DNA of 64,000 bases from Candidatus Binatia bacterium (GCA_038245295.1 JBBRSP010000004.1:96001-160000), one strand, 5' to 3'; shown: positions 47,166-58,404, counted from the stretch's first letter. Numbers and translations are program-made. Notes: a model not told the origin generated them from the letters alone.

Positions 47166-48782
47166 CTAGGTCGCCATACCAAGGGCTCGCAAGGCAACCT
47201 CTTTCGTCCGCTTGAAATCGGCCTTGCCCGACGGCGAGCGGTAGACGTCGTCGACGAAGACGACATGTTTGGGCGCCTTGTAACTCGCGAGGTGTTCTTT
47301 CACGTAAGCCCTAATGGTATCGCCAGCCAGTGTCGCTCCGGTGGTCGACACGACTGCCGTGATGGCTTCGCCGAAGCGCTCGTCTGGGACACCAACGACG
47401 ACAACATCCTTCACGCCGTCGACACGCTTGATCACTTCTTCGACCTCTTCCGGGAAAACTTTTTCTCCACCCGTGTTGATGCACACCGAGCCGCGACCGA
47501 GCAGGGTTAGCGTCGTACCGTCGTCATTCACGACGGCCCAGTCGCCTGGCACGGAGAAGCGGCCTTCGGTCGTGCTGACAAAAGTCTTGGCGCTCTTGTC
47601 GGGATCCTTGTAGTAGCCGACCGGCTGCGCCCCGCCGACACCCACGAGACCCTTGGTGCCCGGTTGCACGTCGAGCAGCTGCAGGTGTTCATCGAAGAGT
47701 CGCGTCTTCTCGCTCAATTGAAACTTCGCCGTCGATACCGCCCCGGCCGCCGTGGTGACCGAGATGCCCATGCCAACCGCTTCCGACGAGCTGAACGCAT
47801 CGACCATCATTGCCTGTGGCAAGTAGCGCAGCAGCGCTTGTTTGGTCTCCTGGCTCCACATCACCCCAGACGACGCGATCATCATCACCGACGACAGGTC
47901 CCACTCCCCGTCCCTGCCCTCGATGGCGCGCAGCATCGGCTTGGCGAACGAGTCGCCGACGATGGTCAGCGACGTCGGACGGGTTCGGTGCACGGTGCCC
48001 CAGAACTGCGCCGCGTCGAACTTCTTCGGATCGTCGGTAAGGACGACGGCACCGCCGGTCATCCACGCGATCATCGCCGTGAACCAACCGGTGCCGTGCA
48101 TGAGTGGCGGGCCGATCAGCGTCCGCAGCCGCATCGGCGGCTCCTTCACGTAGTTATCGAAACCTTCCTTGTCGGCTGGGGCCGGCCCAAGGCCGCCGCC
48201 GGCGAAGCGGTAGTACAGATCATCCTGGCGCCACATCACACCCTTCGGCATGCCGGTCGTACCGCCGGTGTAGAGGAACATCATATCGTCGCCGCTGCGT
48301 CGGACGTTCGGCACCGGCCGATCGTGTTCGGCAACAGTTTCGTAGTCGTGGGCGTCATCACTGGCCTGGGTGGGTCGCACATCATCGCCAACCACCAGGA
48401 CGCCACGAATCAGCGGCAGGTCGCCCAGGACGCGTTGGAGGATCGGCAGAAACTCCTCGTGCACGACGACGATCTCCGCGTCGGCATTCTCCAGGAGGTA
48501 TCTGACTTCATCCTCGCGGTAACGATAGTTCACATTGACCGGTACCAGGCCGGCTTTGAACGCGGCGTACACACCTTCCATGTAGGCCGGGTGATTGTAG
48601 GTGTAGAGAGCCACTTTGCCCTGGTGCTGCGCCCCACGTTCAAGCATCCACGCGGCGACATTGCGGGCCCGGCGTTCGACCTGACTCCAAGTGACGGTGC
48701 GGTCGCCTTGGATCAGGGATTCGGTGTCCCCCCGCAACTCGGCCACACGATCCAGGCAATCGCACAGATTCCACGCCATCAT
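47166..48782 (-). CDS. Acyl-CoA synthetase (FadD19-like)
   Basis: YTGGTTGMPKGVMW, GRGSVCINTGGEK. Confidence 0.92.
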   Translation of the reverse strand: MMAWNLCDCLDRVAELRGDTESLIQGDRTVTWSQVERRARNVAAWMLERGAQHQGKVALYTYNHPAYMEGVYAAFKAGLVPVNVNYRYREDEVRYLLENADAEIVVVHEEFLPILQRVLGDLPLIRGVLVVGDDVRPTQASDDAHDYETVAEHDRPVPNVRRSGDDMMFLYTGGTTGMPKGVMWRQDDLYYRFAGGGLGPAPADKEGFDNYVKEPPMRLRTLIGPPLMHGTGWFTAMIAWMTGGAVVLTDDPKKFDAAQFWGTVHRTRPTSLTIVGDSFAKPMLRAIEGRDGEWDLSSVMMIASSGVMWSQETKQALLRYLPQAMMVDAFSSSEAVGMGISVTTAAGAVSTAKFQLSEKTRLFDEHLQLLDVQPGTKGLVGVGGAQPVGYYKDPDKSAKTFVSTTEGRFSVPGDWAVVNDDGTTLTLLGRGSVCINTGGEKVFPEEVEEVIKRVDGVKDVVVVGVPDERFGEAITAVVSTTGATLAGDTIRAYVKEHLASYKAPKHVVFVDDVYRSPSGKADFKRTKEVALRALGMAT

Positions 48783-49046
48783 GACTCTCCTTCGGACGGA
48801 CTCGTGCCGAAACGCACGCCGCTGCGGCTACCACTTGAGGTCCGGCGGTTCAACCGCCAGCAGGCACCGCCACCAGGCAGAGCACACCTGATGTCGAGGG
48901 ATCAACACTGGGCAACCGGGTCGACCCATCTGGCTTATGGAAAGATGAGAAAATGATGTGGTATGCATCGACGCGCTTGATTGATCCTTTCGAACCAAGC
49001 AGATAGAGACAACACGGCAAATTCAGCGACAGGGGAGTTGTGATTC

Positions 49047-50468
49047 ATGGCAACGGTGATCACTTCCGAGTGCATCAACTGCGGAGCATGCGAGCCCGAG
49101 TGTCCCAACACAGCCATCTACCAGGGTGGCGTCGAGTGGGACTTCAACGGCGCTAAACATGCGGCGCTGTCGAACGACATCTTCTTCATTGTGCCCGAGA
49201 AATGCACCGAGTGCGTCGGCTTCTTCGATCAGGAAGCGTGTGCCGTCGTCTGCCCGGTTGATTGCTGCGTGCCCGACCCAGCGCGGCCAGAGACTGAGGC
49301 GGCACTGCTGCAGCGCGCCGGGGAACTGCACCCTGACAAATCATTCGGTGCCGACGCGCCGTCACGATTCAAGAAGGAAGGTGGCGGTGCCACCGCAGCT
49401 GCTCCTGCCGCCGCGCCGGTCGCTGCTGGCCCGGTTGGCGCTCAGCCCGCCGCGGCCCCTGCCTCCGCCTCATCTCCCGCGGTGGCACCCGCTCCGGCCG
49501 CTGCAAAAGCCGCTCCGGCGCCGGTCGCGGGTGGACGTGTCGAGAAGCCGCTCAGTCCGCCGAGGGCCAAACCGCAGATCCAAGTGACACCGATGCGTGA
49601 GAAGACGCAGGCCGGCGAGCTGCCAGGCAGCTTCGAAGCGGTCTTGGCGCAACTCGGCAACAAGCGGCGCTCGCGCTCAGGTTTTTTCAAGTGGATTATG
49701 CTCATGGCGCAGCCGCTGCTCGGCGCCCTGCCGTTTTCCCAGAAGCAGGCACTCGAGACGTACGTCGGCGATCCGCGCTTCTTCAGCGCCGCGGGCGCTA
49801 CCGGGTTCAACGCCCTGCACAACGTGATCATCTACCCGATCGTCCTTCTGGCTCTCACAGCCGCATCGGGTGCCAGCCTGTTCAGCAAGAACACCGGCTC
49901 GATCATCTTCTACGGCATCGCCATCGCCATCCTCGAATCCATGTGGCGCATGCGCGAAGGGTTCATCGGCGGCGCCGCCGCAGACCAGATTGCCTATCGC
50001 GGCACCTGGTATGGGCTGCTCTTGAGCCCGGCATTTGTCGGTGTCACCCGCCGCATCTCACGTGGCAGCCAACAGGGCAGCGTCGCTTTTGACGGCTTCC
50101 AGACGGGAACAACATTCGAACGCAAGAGCGAACGCGAACGTCGCTACGGCGAGATGTACACCGTCGAAGACAAGGGTGGCGGGTATCTGTTCCGGCTCGA
50201 GTTCCCTAGTGAAGTGCCGCGCTCCGCTCTCAAGGAAGACATGGGTATCCCCGACCAGATGCCGGGTTACGACTACACAGTGAAGGCGCAGGGCACGACG
50301 CTGACGATCACCGGCCACATCGTCGACGAGGCGGTTCGCAAGCTGGCGGCGGTGTCGACGGCGTTCCCGCCCGACTTTACGACAGTCGTCGAGTTGCCCG
50401 AGGCCGTTGCCGGATTCAAGCACCGCATCCGCGACCGTATCCTCGAAGTCGTGCTCGTGAAGCGCTGA
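49047..50468 (+). CDS. YfhL-like 2x[4Fe-4S] ferredoxin fused to a membrane segment and an Hsp20-like domain
   Basis: CINCGACEPECP and CTECVGF..EACAVVCP; Ala/Pro linker; about 3 TMs; C-terminal beta-sandwich pattern. Confidence 0.8.
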   Translation: MATVITSECINCGACEPECPNTAIYQGGVEWDFNGAKHAALSNDIFFIVPEKCTECVGFFDQEACAVVCPVDCCVPDPARPETEAALLQRAGELHPDKSFGADAPSRFKKEGGGATAAAPAAAPVAAGPVGAQPAAAPASASSPAVAPAPAAAKAAPAPVAGGRVEKPLSPPRAKPQIQVTPMREKTQAGELPGSFEAVLAQLGNKRRSRSGFFKWIMLMAQPLLGALPFSQKQALETYVGDPRFFSAAGATGFNALHNVIIYPIVLLALTAASGASLFSKNTGSIIFYGIAIAILESMWRMREGFIGGAAADQIAYRGTWYGLLLSPAFVGVTRRISRGSQQGSVAFDGFQTGTTFERKSERERRYGEMYTVEDKGGGYLFRLEFPSEVPRSALKEDMGIPDQMPGYDYTVKAQGTTLTITGHIVDEAVRKLAAVSTAFPPDFTTVVELPEAVAGFKHRIRDRILEVVLVKR

Positions 50469-50514
50469 GGCGCGTCCTCCGCCGGACTGCCTGCGTGTCC
50501 GGGAAGAGTAGTGC

Positions 50515-50973
50515 ATGAGCGCAGGAATCCATTTCGCACCAATGCGGGTGCAGGACCTCGACCCGGTCATGGAGATCGAGAGGCTGTGCTTTCCGGACCC
50601 ATGGACTCCGGGCTTGTTCTTGCACGAGCTCAAACTGCCGTTCTCGACGACGATGCTGGCCCGCCAAGGGACCCAAGGAACGATCTGGGGTTACGTCTGC
50701 TGGTGGTTCGTGGCCGGCGAAGTACATCTGCTGAACATCGCCGTGCACCCAGATCGCCAGGGTACGGGCCTCGGTAAGGCACTGCTGCAATTGGTCTTCG
50801 ACGATGCGACCACCAAACGTGCCGAAAGCGTCACGTTGGAGGTGCGCGCCGATAATCAGCGCGCCATCACCATGTACGAAAAGCTCGGATTCGAGCATCG
50901 CGGCTTGCGGCGCCATTACTACGGGCGCGGTGAACACGCGGTGATCATGACCCGCCTACTCCGCGCGCCTTGA
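50515..50973 (+). CDS. rimI: Ribosomal-protein-alanine N-acetyltransferase
   Basis: LNIAVHP..QG.GLG, LEVR..N..AI..YEKLGF..R..YY. Confidence 0.9.
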   Translation: MSAGIHFAPMRVQDLDPVMEIERLCFPDPWTPGLFLHELKLPFSTTMLARQGTQGTIWGYVCWWFVAGEVHLLNIAVHPDRQGTGLGKALLQLVFDDATTKRAESVTLEVRADNQRAITMYEKLGFEHRGLRRHYYGRGEHAVIMTRLLRAP

Positions 50974-51056
50974 CTCATCGGGAGGTGCTGGGTATTCGCA
51001 CAGAACTCCACGAAAGAACGGCGCAGCTCGAGGCGAGCCGCCGGGCCGATGGCAAG

Positions 51057-52706
51057 ATGAGAAAGCAGCTCGAGGGAATCATTCAACGTGCTCTGGCCAA
51101 GTGCATTCAGACTGGCCAATTGAAGGAGCAAGACCTACCACCGATCGTCCTGGAAATTCCCAAGGACCCGGCTCTTGGCGATCTAGCTACGCCGATCGCG
51201 ATGGGTATGGCGCGCGAACAGCGCAAAGCACCGCGGGTCATCGCCGAGGCGATTGTCGGCAATTTCGTCGATGAGGATGGCTACGTCGCCAGCACGGAAA
51301 TTGCCGGCCCCGGCTACATCAACGTTCGATTATCGCAACGCTTCTGGAGTCAGTGCCTAACCGACATCGAAGGTACCGACTTTGGCCGTATCGAGCTTGG
51401 CGGCGGCAAACGTGTCATGGTCGAGTTCGTCAGCGCCAATCCCACGGGCCCCCTGACGGTGGGCCACGGTCGCAACGCCGTTCTGGGTGATGCCATCGCC
51501 CGCCTTTTTGAGGCGGCCGGCTATGACGTGACCCGCGAATACTACTTCAACAACGCCGGGCGGCAGATGAAGATGCTCGGCGAGTCGGTGCGGTCGCGAT
51601 ACCTTGAGCAGCTCGGGTTGCCGACAACGTTTCCCGAGGATGGCTACCAGGGGGCTTATATCCGTGACATCGCCGCCGCGCTGATCACCGAACATGGCGA
51701 CAAGTTGCGCGATCAGCCGGCCGAAGGCCCCTTCAAGGATGCCGGCGAACGGGAGATCTTCAAAGACATCGAGCGCACCCTGGGTCGCATGGCGATTCAC
51801 TTCGACGTCTACTTCAACGAGGACACACTGTACTCCGGTGGTCAGGTGAAGAGTGTACTCGAAGATCTGCGTGCCAAGGACCTCGCCTTCGATCAAGACG
51901 GCGCCGTGTGGATGCGCGGCGAGGCGCTTGGGCTCGGCAAGGACCGCGTGCTGGTGAAATCGAGCGGTGAACCCGCCTATCGCCTGCCGGACATCGCCTA
52001 TCACTGCAACAAGTTCGGCCGTAACTTCGACAAGATCGTCGACGTATTGGGAGCCGACCATATCGCCGAGCACGAAGACGTGCGGGCCGCCTTGCGAGCC
52101 CTGGGCTTCGATGTCGAGCGCCTCAAAGCCATCATCTACCAGTTCGTCACGCTGACGCGCGGCGGTGAGCAGGTAAAAATGTCGACGCGGCGGGCCGAAT
52201 ATGTGACCGTCGACGAGTTGTTGGACGAAGTCGGCACCGACGCGGTGCGTTTTTTCTTCCTGACGCGCAAGTCGGATAGTCACCTCGAGTTCGACCTCGA
52301 GCTGGCCAAGAAACAATCCGCCGACAACCCGGTCTTCTACGTTCAATACGCCCACGCCAGGGTTTGCAGCATGTTCCGCAAAGCCGCCGAGGCGGGCGTT
52401 CAGCGTCTGCCGGCGGGGCAATCACACCTCGATACCCTGAGTGCGCCCGAAGAGGTCGCTGTCGTCAAGCTGCTGGCGCAGTATACCGACGAGGTCGAAG
52501 AGGCGGCTTTGCTCATCGAGCCGCACCGCGTGGTTTTCCACCTGATCGAGCTCGCCAGTGAGTTTCATCGATTCTACAATCGACACCGGGTCCTCACCGA
52601 GGACACCGAGCGAACCCAGGCTCGCCTCTATCTGACGTGGGCCGTGGGCGAGGTTTTGAAGAAGGGACTGTCGTTGCTCGGGGTCAGCGCCCCAGAAACG
52701 ATGTAG
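51057..52706 (+). CDS. argS: Arginine--tRNA ligase
   Basis: EFVSANPTGPL.VGHGR, KMSTR, YVQYAHAR. Confidence 0.96.
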   Translation: MRKQLEGIIQRALAKCIQTGQLKEQDLPPIVLEIPKDPALGDLATPIAMGMAREQRKAPRVIAEAIVGNFVDEDGYVASTEIAGPGYINVRLSQRFWSQCLTDIEGTDFGRIELGGGKRVMVEFVSANPTGPLTVGHGRNAVLGDAIARLFEAAGYDVTREYYFNNAGRQMKMLGESVRSRYLEQLGLPTTFPEDGYQGAYIRDIAAALITEHGDKLRDQPAEGPFKDAGEREIFKDIERTLGRMAIHFDVYFNEDTLYSGGQVKSVLEDLRAKDLAFDQDGAVWMRGEALGLGKDRVLVKSSGEPAYRLPDIAYHCNKFGRNFDKIVDVLGADHIAEHEDVRAALRALGFDVERLKAIIYQFVTLTRGGEQVKMSTRRAEYVTVDELLDEVGTDAVRFFFLTRKSDSHLEFDLELAKKQSADNPVFYVQYAHARVCSMFRKAAEAGVQRLPAGQSHLDTLSAPEEVAVVKLLAQYTDEVEEAALLIEPHRVVFHLIELASEFHRFYNRHRVLTEDTERTQARLYLTWAVGEVLKKGLSLLGVSAPETM

Positions 52707-52737
52707 GCGATATATGCGACGACTCGGATCGGCTGGA

Positions 52738-53406
52738 ATGAGCTACACGCAGGTCTTCCTGCTCGTCGTGGGCTTCGGCCTGGCTTCCGCGTTCATCTTC
52801 CTTTTTGGCATGTGGGTCGGTCGCGACGTCGCCGAGCGCCGCCTGGCGCAGGAAGAGCGGGTCGTACGTCAACCTGTGACGGCTCAGCCGGCAGCCGAGG
52901 AACTGCCACACGAAGGTGAAGTCGACCGGGCGTTCTACGAACGCCTCAAGGACAAGGCAGCACAGCACTTCAGTGAGACGGCCAAGATTGAACCGACTGC
53001 CACCAATACCGTGGTTGCCAGTGTAACGCCTCGTCCGAGCCTGGCCGCCACCCGAGTGCCGGCCACCCGCACGCCGGCGTTGCAGGCAACGGTGGCCATT
53101 GCCACCACACCGCGCCCTCGCTCGACGCCAACGGCGCATACGGCTGCCGCAAGCGGTGATGAGTGGGCTGACGCGGGATGGACCGTCCAGGTTTTCGCAT
53201 CGCCCGATGCCACCGCCGCACGCGAGACCGTCGTGCGATTGCGTTCGCAAGGGTTCGAAGCGTACACCGTGCAGGGTCCGCAGCGCGGCGAAATGGTCTA
53301 CCGAGTACGCGTCGGCCGATTTAGCAACAAGGATCGCGCCAAAGAGATGGAGCAGCGCCTCAAGACCGAAGCGGGGGTCGACGGGGCATACGTGACGCCG
53401 CAGTGA
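52738..53406 (+). CDS. SPOR-domain cell-division protein
   Basis: N-terminal TM, WTVQV, YRVRVGRF; downstream of argS. Confidence 0.88.
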   Translation: MSYTQVFLLVVGFGLASAFIFLFGMWVGRDVAERRLAQEERVVRQPVTAQPAAEELPHEGEVDRAFYERLKDKAAQHFSETAKIEPTATNTVVASVTPRPSLAATRVPATRTPALQATVAIATTPRPRSTPTAHTAAASGDEWADAGWTVQVFASPDATAARETVVRLRSQGFEAYTVQGPQRGEMVYRVRVGRFSNKDRAKEMEQRLKTEAGVDGAYVTPQ

Positions 53407-53418
53407 ATCAGGCGCGCG

Positions 53419-53991
53419 ATGCTCTTGCTCATCGACAACTACGACTCGTTCACGTTCAACCTGATGCAGTATCTGGGTGCGTTGGGCGCCGACGTGCGTG
53501 TTTTTCGAAACGATGCCCTGAGTCTAGCCGACATCGAGGCCCTCAGGCCGGATCACATTGTTCTTTCACCCGGCCCCTGTACCCCGTCCAAGGCGGGCAT
53601 TTGCGTCGATCTCGTGCAGCACTTCGGCGCGATCGTTCCCATTTTGGGCGTCTGCCTTGGACACCAATGCATCGGTGCCGCGTTTGGCGGTAGCGTCGTC
53701 CGAGCGCCACGGTTGATGCACGGAAAGACCTCGTCGGTACAGCACGATGGCCGGACCATCTTTGCCGACTTGCCCCCAACCATCGACGCGATGCGTTACC
53801 ACTCGCTGGTTCTGGAGGCGGCGACGCTTCCACCATGCCTAGAGGTGAGCGCGTGGACGGCGGAAGGCGAAATCATGGGAGTCCGGCATCAGTCGTTGCC
53901 GATCGAGGGCATTCAGTTCCATCCCGAATCCATCCTGACGCCACAGGGCAAGCAGATCCTCGCGTCGTTTCTGGCGGCGTCGCGCAACTGA
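53419..53991 (+). CDS. trpG: Anthranilate/aminodeoxychorismate synthase glutamine amidotransferase
   Basis: IDNYDSFT, GVCLGHQ, QFHPES. Confidence 0.92.
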   Translation: MLLLIDNYDSFTFNLMQYLGALGADVRVFRNDALSLADIEALRPDHIVLSPGPCTPSKAGICVDLVQHFGAIVPILGVCLGHQCIGAAFGGSVVRAPRLMHGKTSSVQHDGRTIFADLPPTIDAMRYHSLVLEAATLPPCLEVSAWTAEGEIMGVRHQSLPIEGIQFHPESILTPQGKQILASFLAASRN

Positions 53992-53999
53992 GGCACGAC

Positions 54000-55013
54000 G
54001 TGGACCTCAAGCAAGCAATCGCGCGCGTCAGCCATGGCGAATCCCTCAGTTCCGCAGAAATCCGCGGTGTCATGCAGATCATCATGCGTGGTGAAGCGAC
54101 CGCAGCTCAGATCGGCGGGCTGCTGGTCGCCTTGCACGCAAAGGGGGAGACGGTCGAGGAAATCATCGGCGCCGCCCTCGCCATGCGTGATGCGTCGACG
54201 CGTATCCGTCCCGGAGTACACCCGCTGACCGACACCTGCGGCACCGGCGGCGACGGTCAGAACACCTTCAACATCTCGACAGCGGCTGCCCTCGTCGCCG
54301 CCGGGGCCGGCGTGAAGATTGCCAAACACGGCAATCGGGCCATGTCGGGCACAGTTGGTGGAGCCGACGTCCTGGAGAGACTCGGCGTGTGTATCGACCT
54401 TACCCCCGAGCAGGTCGCCGTCTGTATCGACAGCGTCGGCATCGGATTTCTCTTCGCCCAGACCTTCCATCCGTCGATGCGCCACGTCGCCGCAGCGCGC
54501 CGCGAGCTCGGCGTGCGCACCTTGTTCAACCTACTCGGACCGCTGTCCAATCCCGCCGGCGCCACCCGCCAGGTCGTCGGCACCTTCGCCGAACGTTGGG
54601 TTACGCCATTGGCCCAGGCTCTGGGCGAGCTGGGTGCAGAGCATGCCCTGGTCGTACACTCGGAAGACGGGCTCGACGAAATCGCCCTGTCCGCGGCAAC
54701 GGCGGTCAGCGAATGGAAAGCGGGAGCGCTGAGCCAGTTCGTCTTGCGACCGGAGGATTTCGGTCTCGCGCGATGCGCCTTGGCCGATCTTGTCGTGACC
54801 GATGTGGCGGACTCGGCGCGCCGTATCCACGATGTTCTAAACGGCACGCCTGGGCCGCACCGAGATGTCGTGCTACTCAATGCGGCGGCGGTGATCTACG
54901 TCGCCGGTTTGGCAAATACGATCGAAGAAGGTCTCGGCGCGGCGCGTGCGGCGATCGATTCGGGACGGGCTCGCAAGACACTGGAACTCCTGGCGGCATT
55001 TTCACAGCAATGA
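54000..55013 (+). CDS. trpD: Anthranilate phosphoribosyltransferase
   Basis: DTCGTGGDG..TFNIST, KHGNR, GLDE. Confidence 0.96.
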   Translation: MDLKQAIARVSHGESLSSAEIRGVMQIIMRGEATAAQIGGLLVALHAKGETVEEIIGAALAMRDASTRIRPGVHPLTDTCGTGGDGQNTFNISTAAALVAAGAGVKIAKHGNRAMSGTVGGADVLERLGVCIDLTPEQVAVCIDSVGIGFLFAQTFHPSMRHVAAARRELGVRTLFNLLGPLSNPAGATRQVVGTFAERWVTPLAQALGELGAEHALVVHSEDGLDEIALSAATAVSEWKAGALSQFVLRPEDFGLARCALADLVVTDVADSARRIHDVLNGTPGPHRDVVLLNAAAVIYVAGLANTIEEGLGAARAAIDSGRARKTLELLAAFSQQ

Positions 55014-55792
55014 TTCTCGACGACATCCTGCGTGACAAGGCGATTGATCTCGTGCCGGCCAAGGCCGCTGCGACGACTACCGACCTTCAGCAACGGCCGC
55101 TGTTCCGGGCGGCCCGCCGGCCATTTGTCGAGGCGCTGCAGCGTCGAGAACGTGCCGTCATCGCCGAAGTGAAGAAGGCATCACCGTCCAAAGGCGTCAT
55201 CCGCGCGGATTTTGACCCGGTCGCCATTGCGAAATCCTATGCGCGTGGCGGAGCGACGGCAATCTCGGTGCTGACCGAGGAGCGCTATTTCCAAGGCCAT
55301 CTCAACTACCTCGCGGCGATTCGCGCCGCGGTGGATATTCCGCTGCTGCGCAAAGATTTTCTATTCGATCCGTACCAACTGTACGAAGCGCGTGCGTATG
55401 GGGCCGATGCGATTCTGCTGATCGTCGCGGCATTGGAAGACAAGCGACTGGCGGAACTCTTGTGGCTCGCCGAAGAGCTGAATCTCGCGGCGCTGGTCGA
55501 AGTCCATGATGCCGACGAATTGCAACGCGCCTTGGCGGTTGGCGCGCGCCTCATCGGCATCAACAACCGGGATCTGCGGACATTCCACACGACCCTCGAG
55601 GTCAGCGAACAACTCGTGAGGCAAATTCCATCCGGCATCCTCGTCGTCGGCGAGAGCGGCATCAACTCATCCGCCGACGTCGAGAGATTGGAGCGCGCCG
55701 GAATTCACGTTTTTCTGATCGGCGAATCCCTGATGAGATTCCCCGATCCGGGTACCAGGCTGCACGAGCTGCTCGTCGGAAACGCGTCGTAA
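55010..55792 (+). CDS. trpC: Indole-3-glycerol phosphate synthase
   Basis: IAEVKKASPSKG, LRKDF, GINNRDL. Confidence 0.96.
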   Translation: MILDDILRDKAIDLVPAKAAATTTDLQQRPLFRAARRPFVEALQRRERAVIAEVKKASPSKGVIRADFDPVAIAKSYARGGATAISVLTEERYFQGHLNYLAAIRAAVDIPLLRKDFLFDPYQLYEARAYGADAILLIVAALEDKRLAELLWLAEELNLAALVEVHDADELQRALAVGARLIGINNRDLRTFHTTLEVSEQLVRQIPSGILVVGESGINSSADVERLERAGIHVFLIGESLMRFPDPGTRLHELLVGNAS

Positions 55793-55797
55793 GCCAC

Positions 55798-56412
55798 ATG
55801 CCCGTCCCGTTGGTGAAGATTTGCGGCATCACCAATGCCGCTGACGCCGAGGCGGCGGTTGCTGCCGGTGCCGGCATGCTCGGCTTCAACTTCTATCCAA
55901 AAAGCCCGCGGTACATCGAACCGGAAGCGGCGCGCGTGATTATCGAGGTCATGCCCGCACACGTCATTCCGGTAGGCCTTTTTGTGGATGAACCGGCAGC
56001 GCGAGTCGGGGCGTTCGCCGCGATCGCCGGTGTTCGGGTGTTGCAGTTCCATGGCGTCGAAGATCAGGCATACTGCGATGAGTTTGCGTGTCCGGTGATC
56101 AAGGCTGTGCGCCTGCGTGATGCGGCCTCCGTGCAGACGGCCTTGGGGTACCGGGTGAAATACCTGCTGGCCGATGCATACGTCGAGGGTCAGATCGGTG
56201 GAACAGGTCGCAAGATCGACCTGGACCTTCTCGACGCTGTGCCGCGCGAGAATCTGATTCTGGCAGGTGGATTGACGCCAGAGAATGTGACCGCCGCCGT
56301 GCGCTTGATCCGTCCGTACGCCGTTGATGTAGCCAGCGGGGTTGAGCTCGAGCCCGGCCGCAAGGATCACGAAAAGATGGGGAGGTTTATCGCCAATGTA
56401 CTCGCTGCCTGA
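55798..56412 (+). CDS. trpF: Phosphoribosylanthranilate isomerase
   Basis: VKICGIT, LAGGL, DVASGVE. Confidence 0.96.
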   Translation: MPVPLVKICGITNAADAEAAVAAGAGMLGFNFYPKSPRYIEPEAARVIIEVMPAHVIPVGLFVDEPAARVGAFAAIAGVRVLQFHGVEDQAYCDEFACPVIKAVRLRDAASVQTALGYRVKYLLADAYVEGQIGGTGRKIDLDLLDAVPRENLILAGGLTPENVTAAVRLIRPYAVDVASGVELEPGRKDHEKMGRFIANVLAA

Positions 56413-57589
56413 TCAGCATGGCCATTTCGGGATCTTTGGCGGGCGTTATGTCGCTGAAACCCTCATGCCGGCTCTGATTGAGTTGGAATCGGCGTATCGC
56501 AAGTTGCGGCGTGATGCCGGCTTCCAGAAGGAGTTGGCCACCTACTTACGCGACTACGTCGGACGGCCGACACCTCTGTACTTCGCGGAACGGCTCACCG
56601 AGCGCCTCGGCGGCGCCAAGATCTATCTCAAGCGCGAAGACCTTTGTCACACGGGTTCACACAAACTCAACAACGCGTTGGGGCAGGTGCTGTTGGCCCG
56701 CCGCATGGGCAAGAAGCGCCTGATTGCCGAAACCGGTGCCGGGCAACACGGCGTAGCCACGGCGACGGCGGCGGCGCTGTTTGGGCTCGACTGCGAAGTC
56801 TTCATGGGGAAAGAGGATGTACACCGCCAGTCGCTCAACGTCTTCCGAATGAAGTTGTTGGGCGCGCAGGTGCGACCGGTGACATCCGGCAGCGAGACAC
56901 TGAAGGACGCCATCAACGAAGCGCTGCGCGACTGGGTCACCAACGTCGAGAGCACCTATTACGTCGTCGGCTCCACCATGTCGGCGCATCCCTACCCCAT
57001 GATCGTGCGCGATTTTCAGTCGGTAATCGGCAAGGAGTCGCGGCGCCAGATCCTCAAGATTGCCGGACGATTGCCCGACTACCTCATCGCCTGTGTCGGC
57101 GGCGGCAGCAACGCCATGGGTCTGTTCTACCCGTTCATCAAAGACGCCAGCGTCAAGATGATCGGCGTGGAGGCAGGCGGTGAAGGCATCGCGACGGGCA
57201 AACACTCGGCATCGATCAGCGCCGGCAGCGTCGGCGTTTTGCACGGCAAGAAAACCTTCATCCTCCAGGACGAGTTGGGACAGATTCGACCGGCGCACTC
57301 GATCTCAGCCGGGCTCGACTATCCCGGCGTTGGTCCGGAGCACTCGTATCTCCACGATACCGGGCGGGCCGAATACGTTTCGGCCACCGATCAGGAAGCA
57401 ATCGACGGGCTCAAGCTGTTGACGGAGAGTGAAGGGGTGATTCCGGCGATCGAGAGCGCCCATGCCATCGCCCACGTGATGAAGTTGGCCCCCACTCTCG
57501 ACCGCGATCAAATCCTCGTCGTGAACTTGTCCGGCCGTGGCGACAAAGACATGAATACGGTTGCCGAGTATCTCGGCGTATCCCTTTAA
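56396..57589 (+). CDS. trpB: Tryptophan synthase beta subunit
   Basis: [27 protein letters not shown]. Confidence 0.97.
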   Translation: MYSLPDQHGHFGIFGGRYVAETLMPALIELESAYRKLRRDAGFQKELATYLRDYVGRPTPLYFAERLTERLGGAKIYLKREDLCHTGSHKLNNALGQVLLARRMGKKRLIAETGAGQHGVATATAAALFGLDCEVFMGKEDVHRQSLNVFRMKLLGAQVRPVTSGSETLKDAINEALRDWVTNVESTYYVVGSTMSAHPYPMIVRDFQSVIGKESRRQILKIAGRLPDYLIACVGGGSNAMGLFYPFIKDASVKMIGVEAGGEGIATGKHSASISAGSVGVLHGKKTFILQDELGQIRPAHSISAGLDYPGVGPEHSYLHDTGRAEYVSATDQEAIDGLKLLTESEGVIPAIESAHAIAHVMKLAPTLDRDQILVVNLSGRGDKDMNTVAEYLGVSL

Positions 57590-57594
57590 GGTGA

Positions 57595-58404
57595 ATGATG
57601 AATCGTCTTGATGCCCTATTTTCTCGCTTGAAGGATAAGAATGAAGCCGCGTTGGTCGCCTTCCTGACACTCGGCGATCCCGATTTGGCAACCACGGCGG
57701 CGCTGGTCCGCGCCGTGATCGAAAACGGCGCCGACATCGTCGAGATCGGCGTGCCGTTCTCCGATCCGACCGCCGACGGTCCGGTGCTGCAGAAGGCGAG
57801 CGAGATCGGCCTGCGCCAGGGCGCTTCGTTGAATCGCGCCCTGGAGATGGTCGCCGAGTTACGTCGCGACTCCGAGACACCAATCGTTCTGTACGGATAC
57901 TACAACCCGATCTTCCATTACGGCACGGAGCGTTTCGCCCGCGACGCCAAACAGGCCGGCATCGACGGGTTGCTGGTCGTCGATCTGCCACCCGATGAAG
58001 CGGGCGAATTGTTGCAATGGACGAAGCCCGAAGGTGTGCACTTTGTGTGTTTGCTGGCCCCGACCAGCAACGAAGCGCGCGTCCGCAAGGTCGTCCGTCA
58101 CGCCGCCGGGTTCATCTACTACGTCTCGGTGGTCGGGGTGACCGGGGTCCGGCCGATGCAGGCCGACAGCGTGCGGCCGGCCATCGAAAAGCTGCGCCGG
58201 GCAACAAAGGTCCCGATCGGGGTTGGCTTTGGCATTACGACGCCCGAGCAAGCCAAAGAGGTGGCGGCGTTTGCCGATGCAGCCGTTGTCGGCACAGCGA
58301 TCATGCGCATCGTCGATCAACATCGGAGTGAGCCCACGGTTGCCCTCGCTGAGGTTGGTAAGTTTGTGCGTGGCCTCAAGGACGCGATGCGCACGGCGCG
58401 CTGA
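57595..58404 (+). CDS. trpA: Tryptophan synthase alpha subunit
   Basis: EIGVPFSDPTADGP, GVTG, VGFGI. Confidence 0.97.
   Translation: MMNRLDALFSRLKDKNEAALVAFLTLGDPDLATTAALVRAVIENGADIVEIGVPFSDPTADGPVLQKASEIGLRQGASLNRALEMVAELRRDSETPIVLYGYYNPIFHYGTERFARDAKQAGIDGLLVVDLPPDEAGELLQWTKPEGVHFVCLLAPTSNEARVRKVVRHAAGFIYYVSVVGVTGVRPMQADSVRPAIEKLRRATKVPIGVGFGITTPEQAKEVAAFADAAVVGTAIMRIVDQHRSEPTVALAEVGKFVRGLKDAMRTAR

Noticed and set aside
53406..53419. trp attenuator
   Set aside because: trpG follows the SPOR gene by 12 bp with no leader; trpE is simply not in this cluster.
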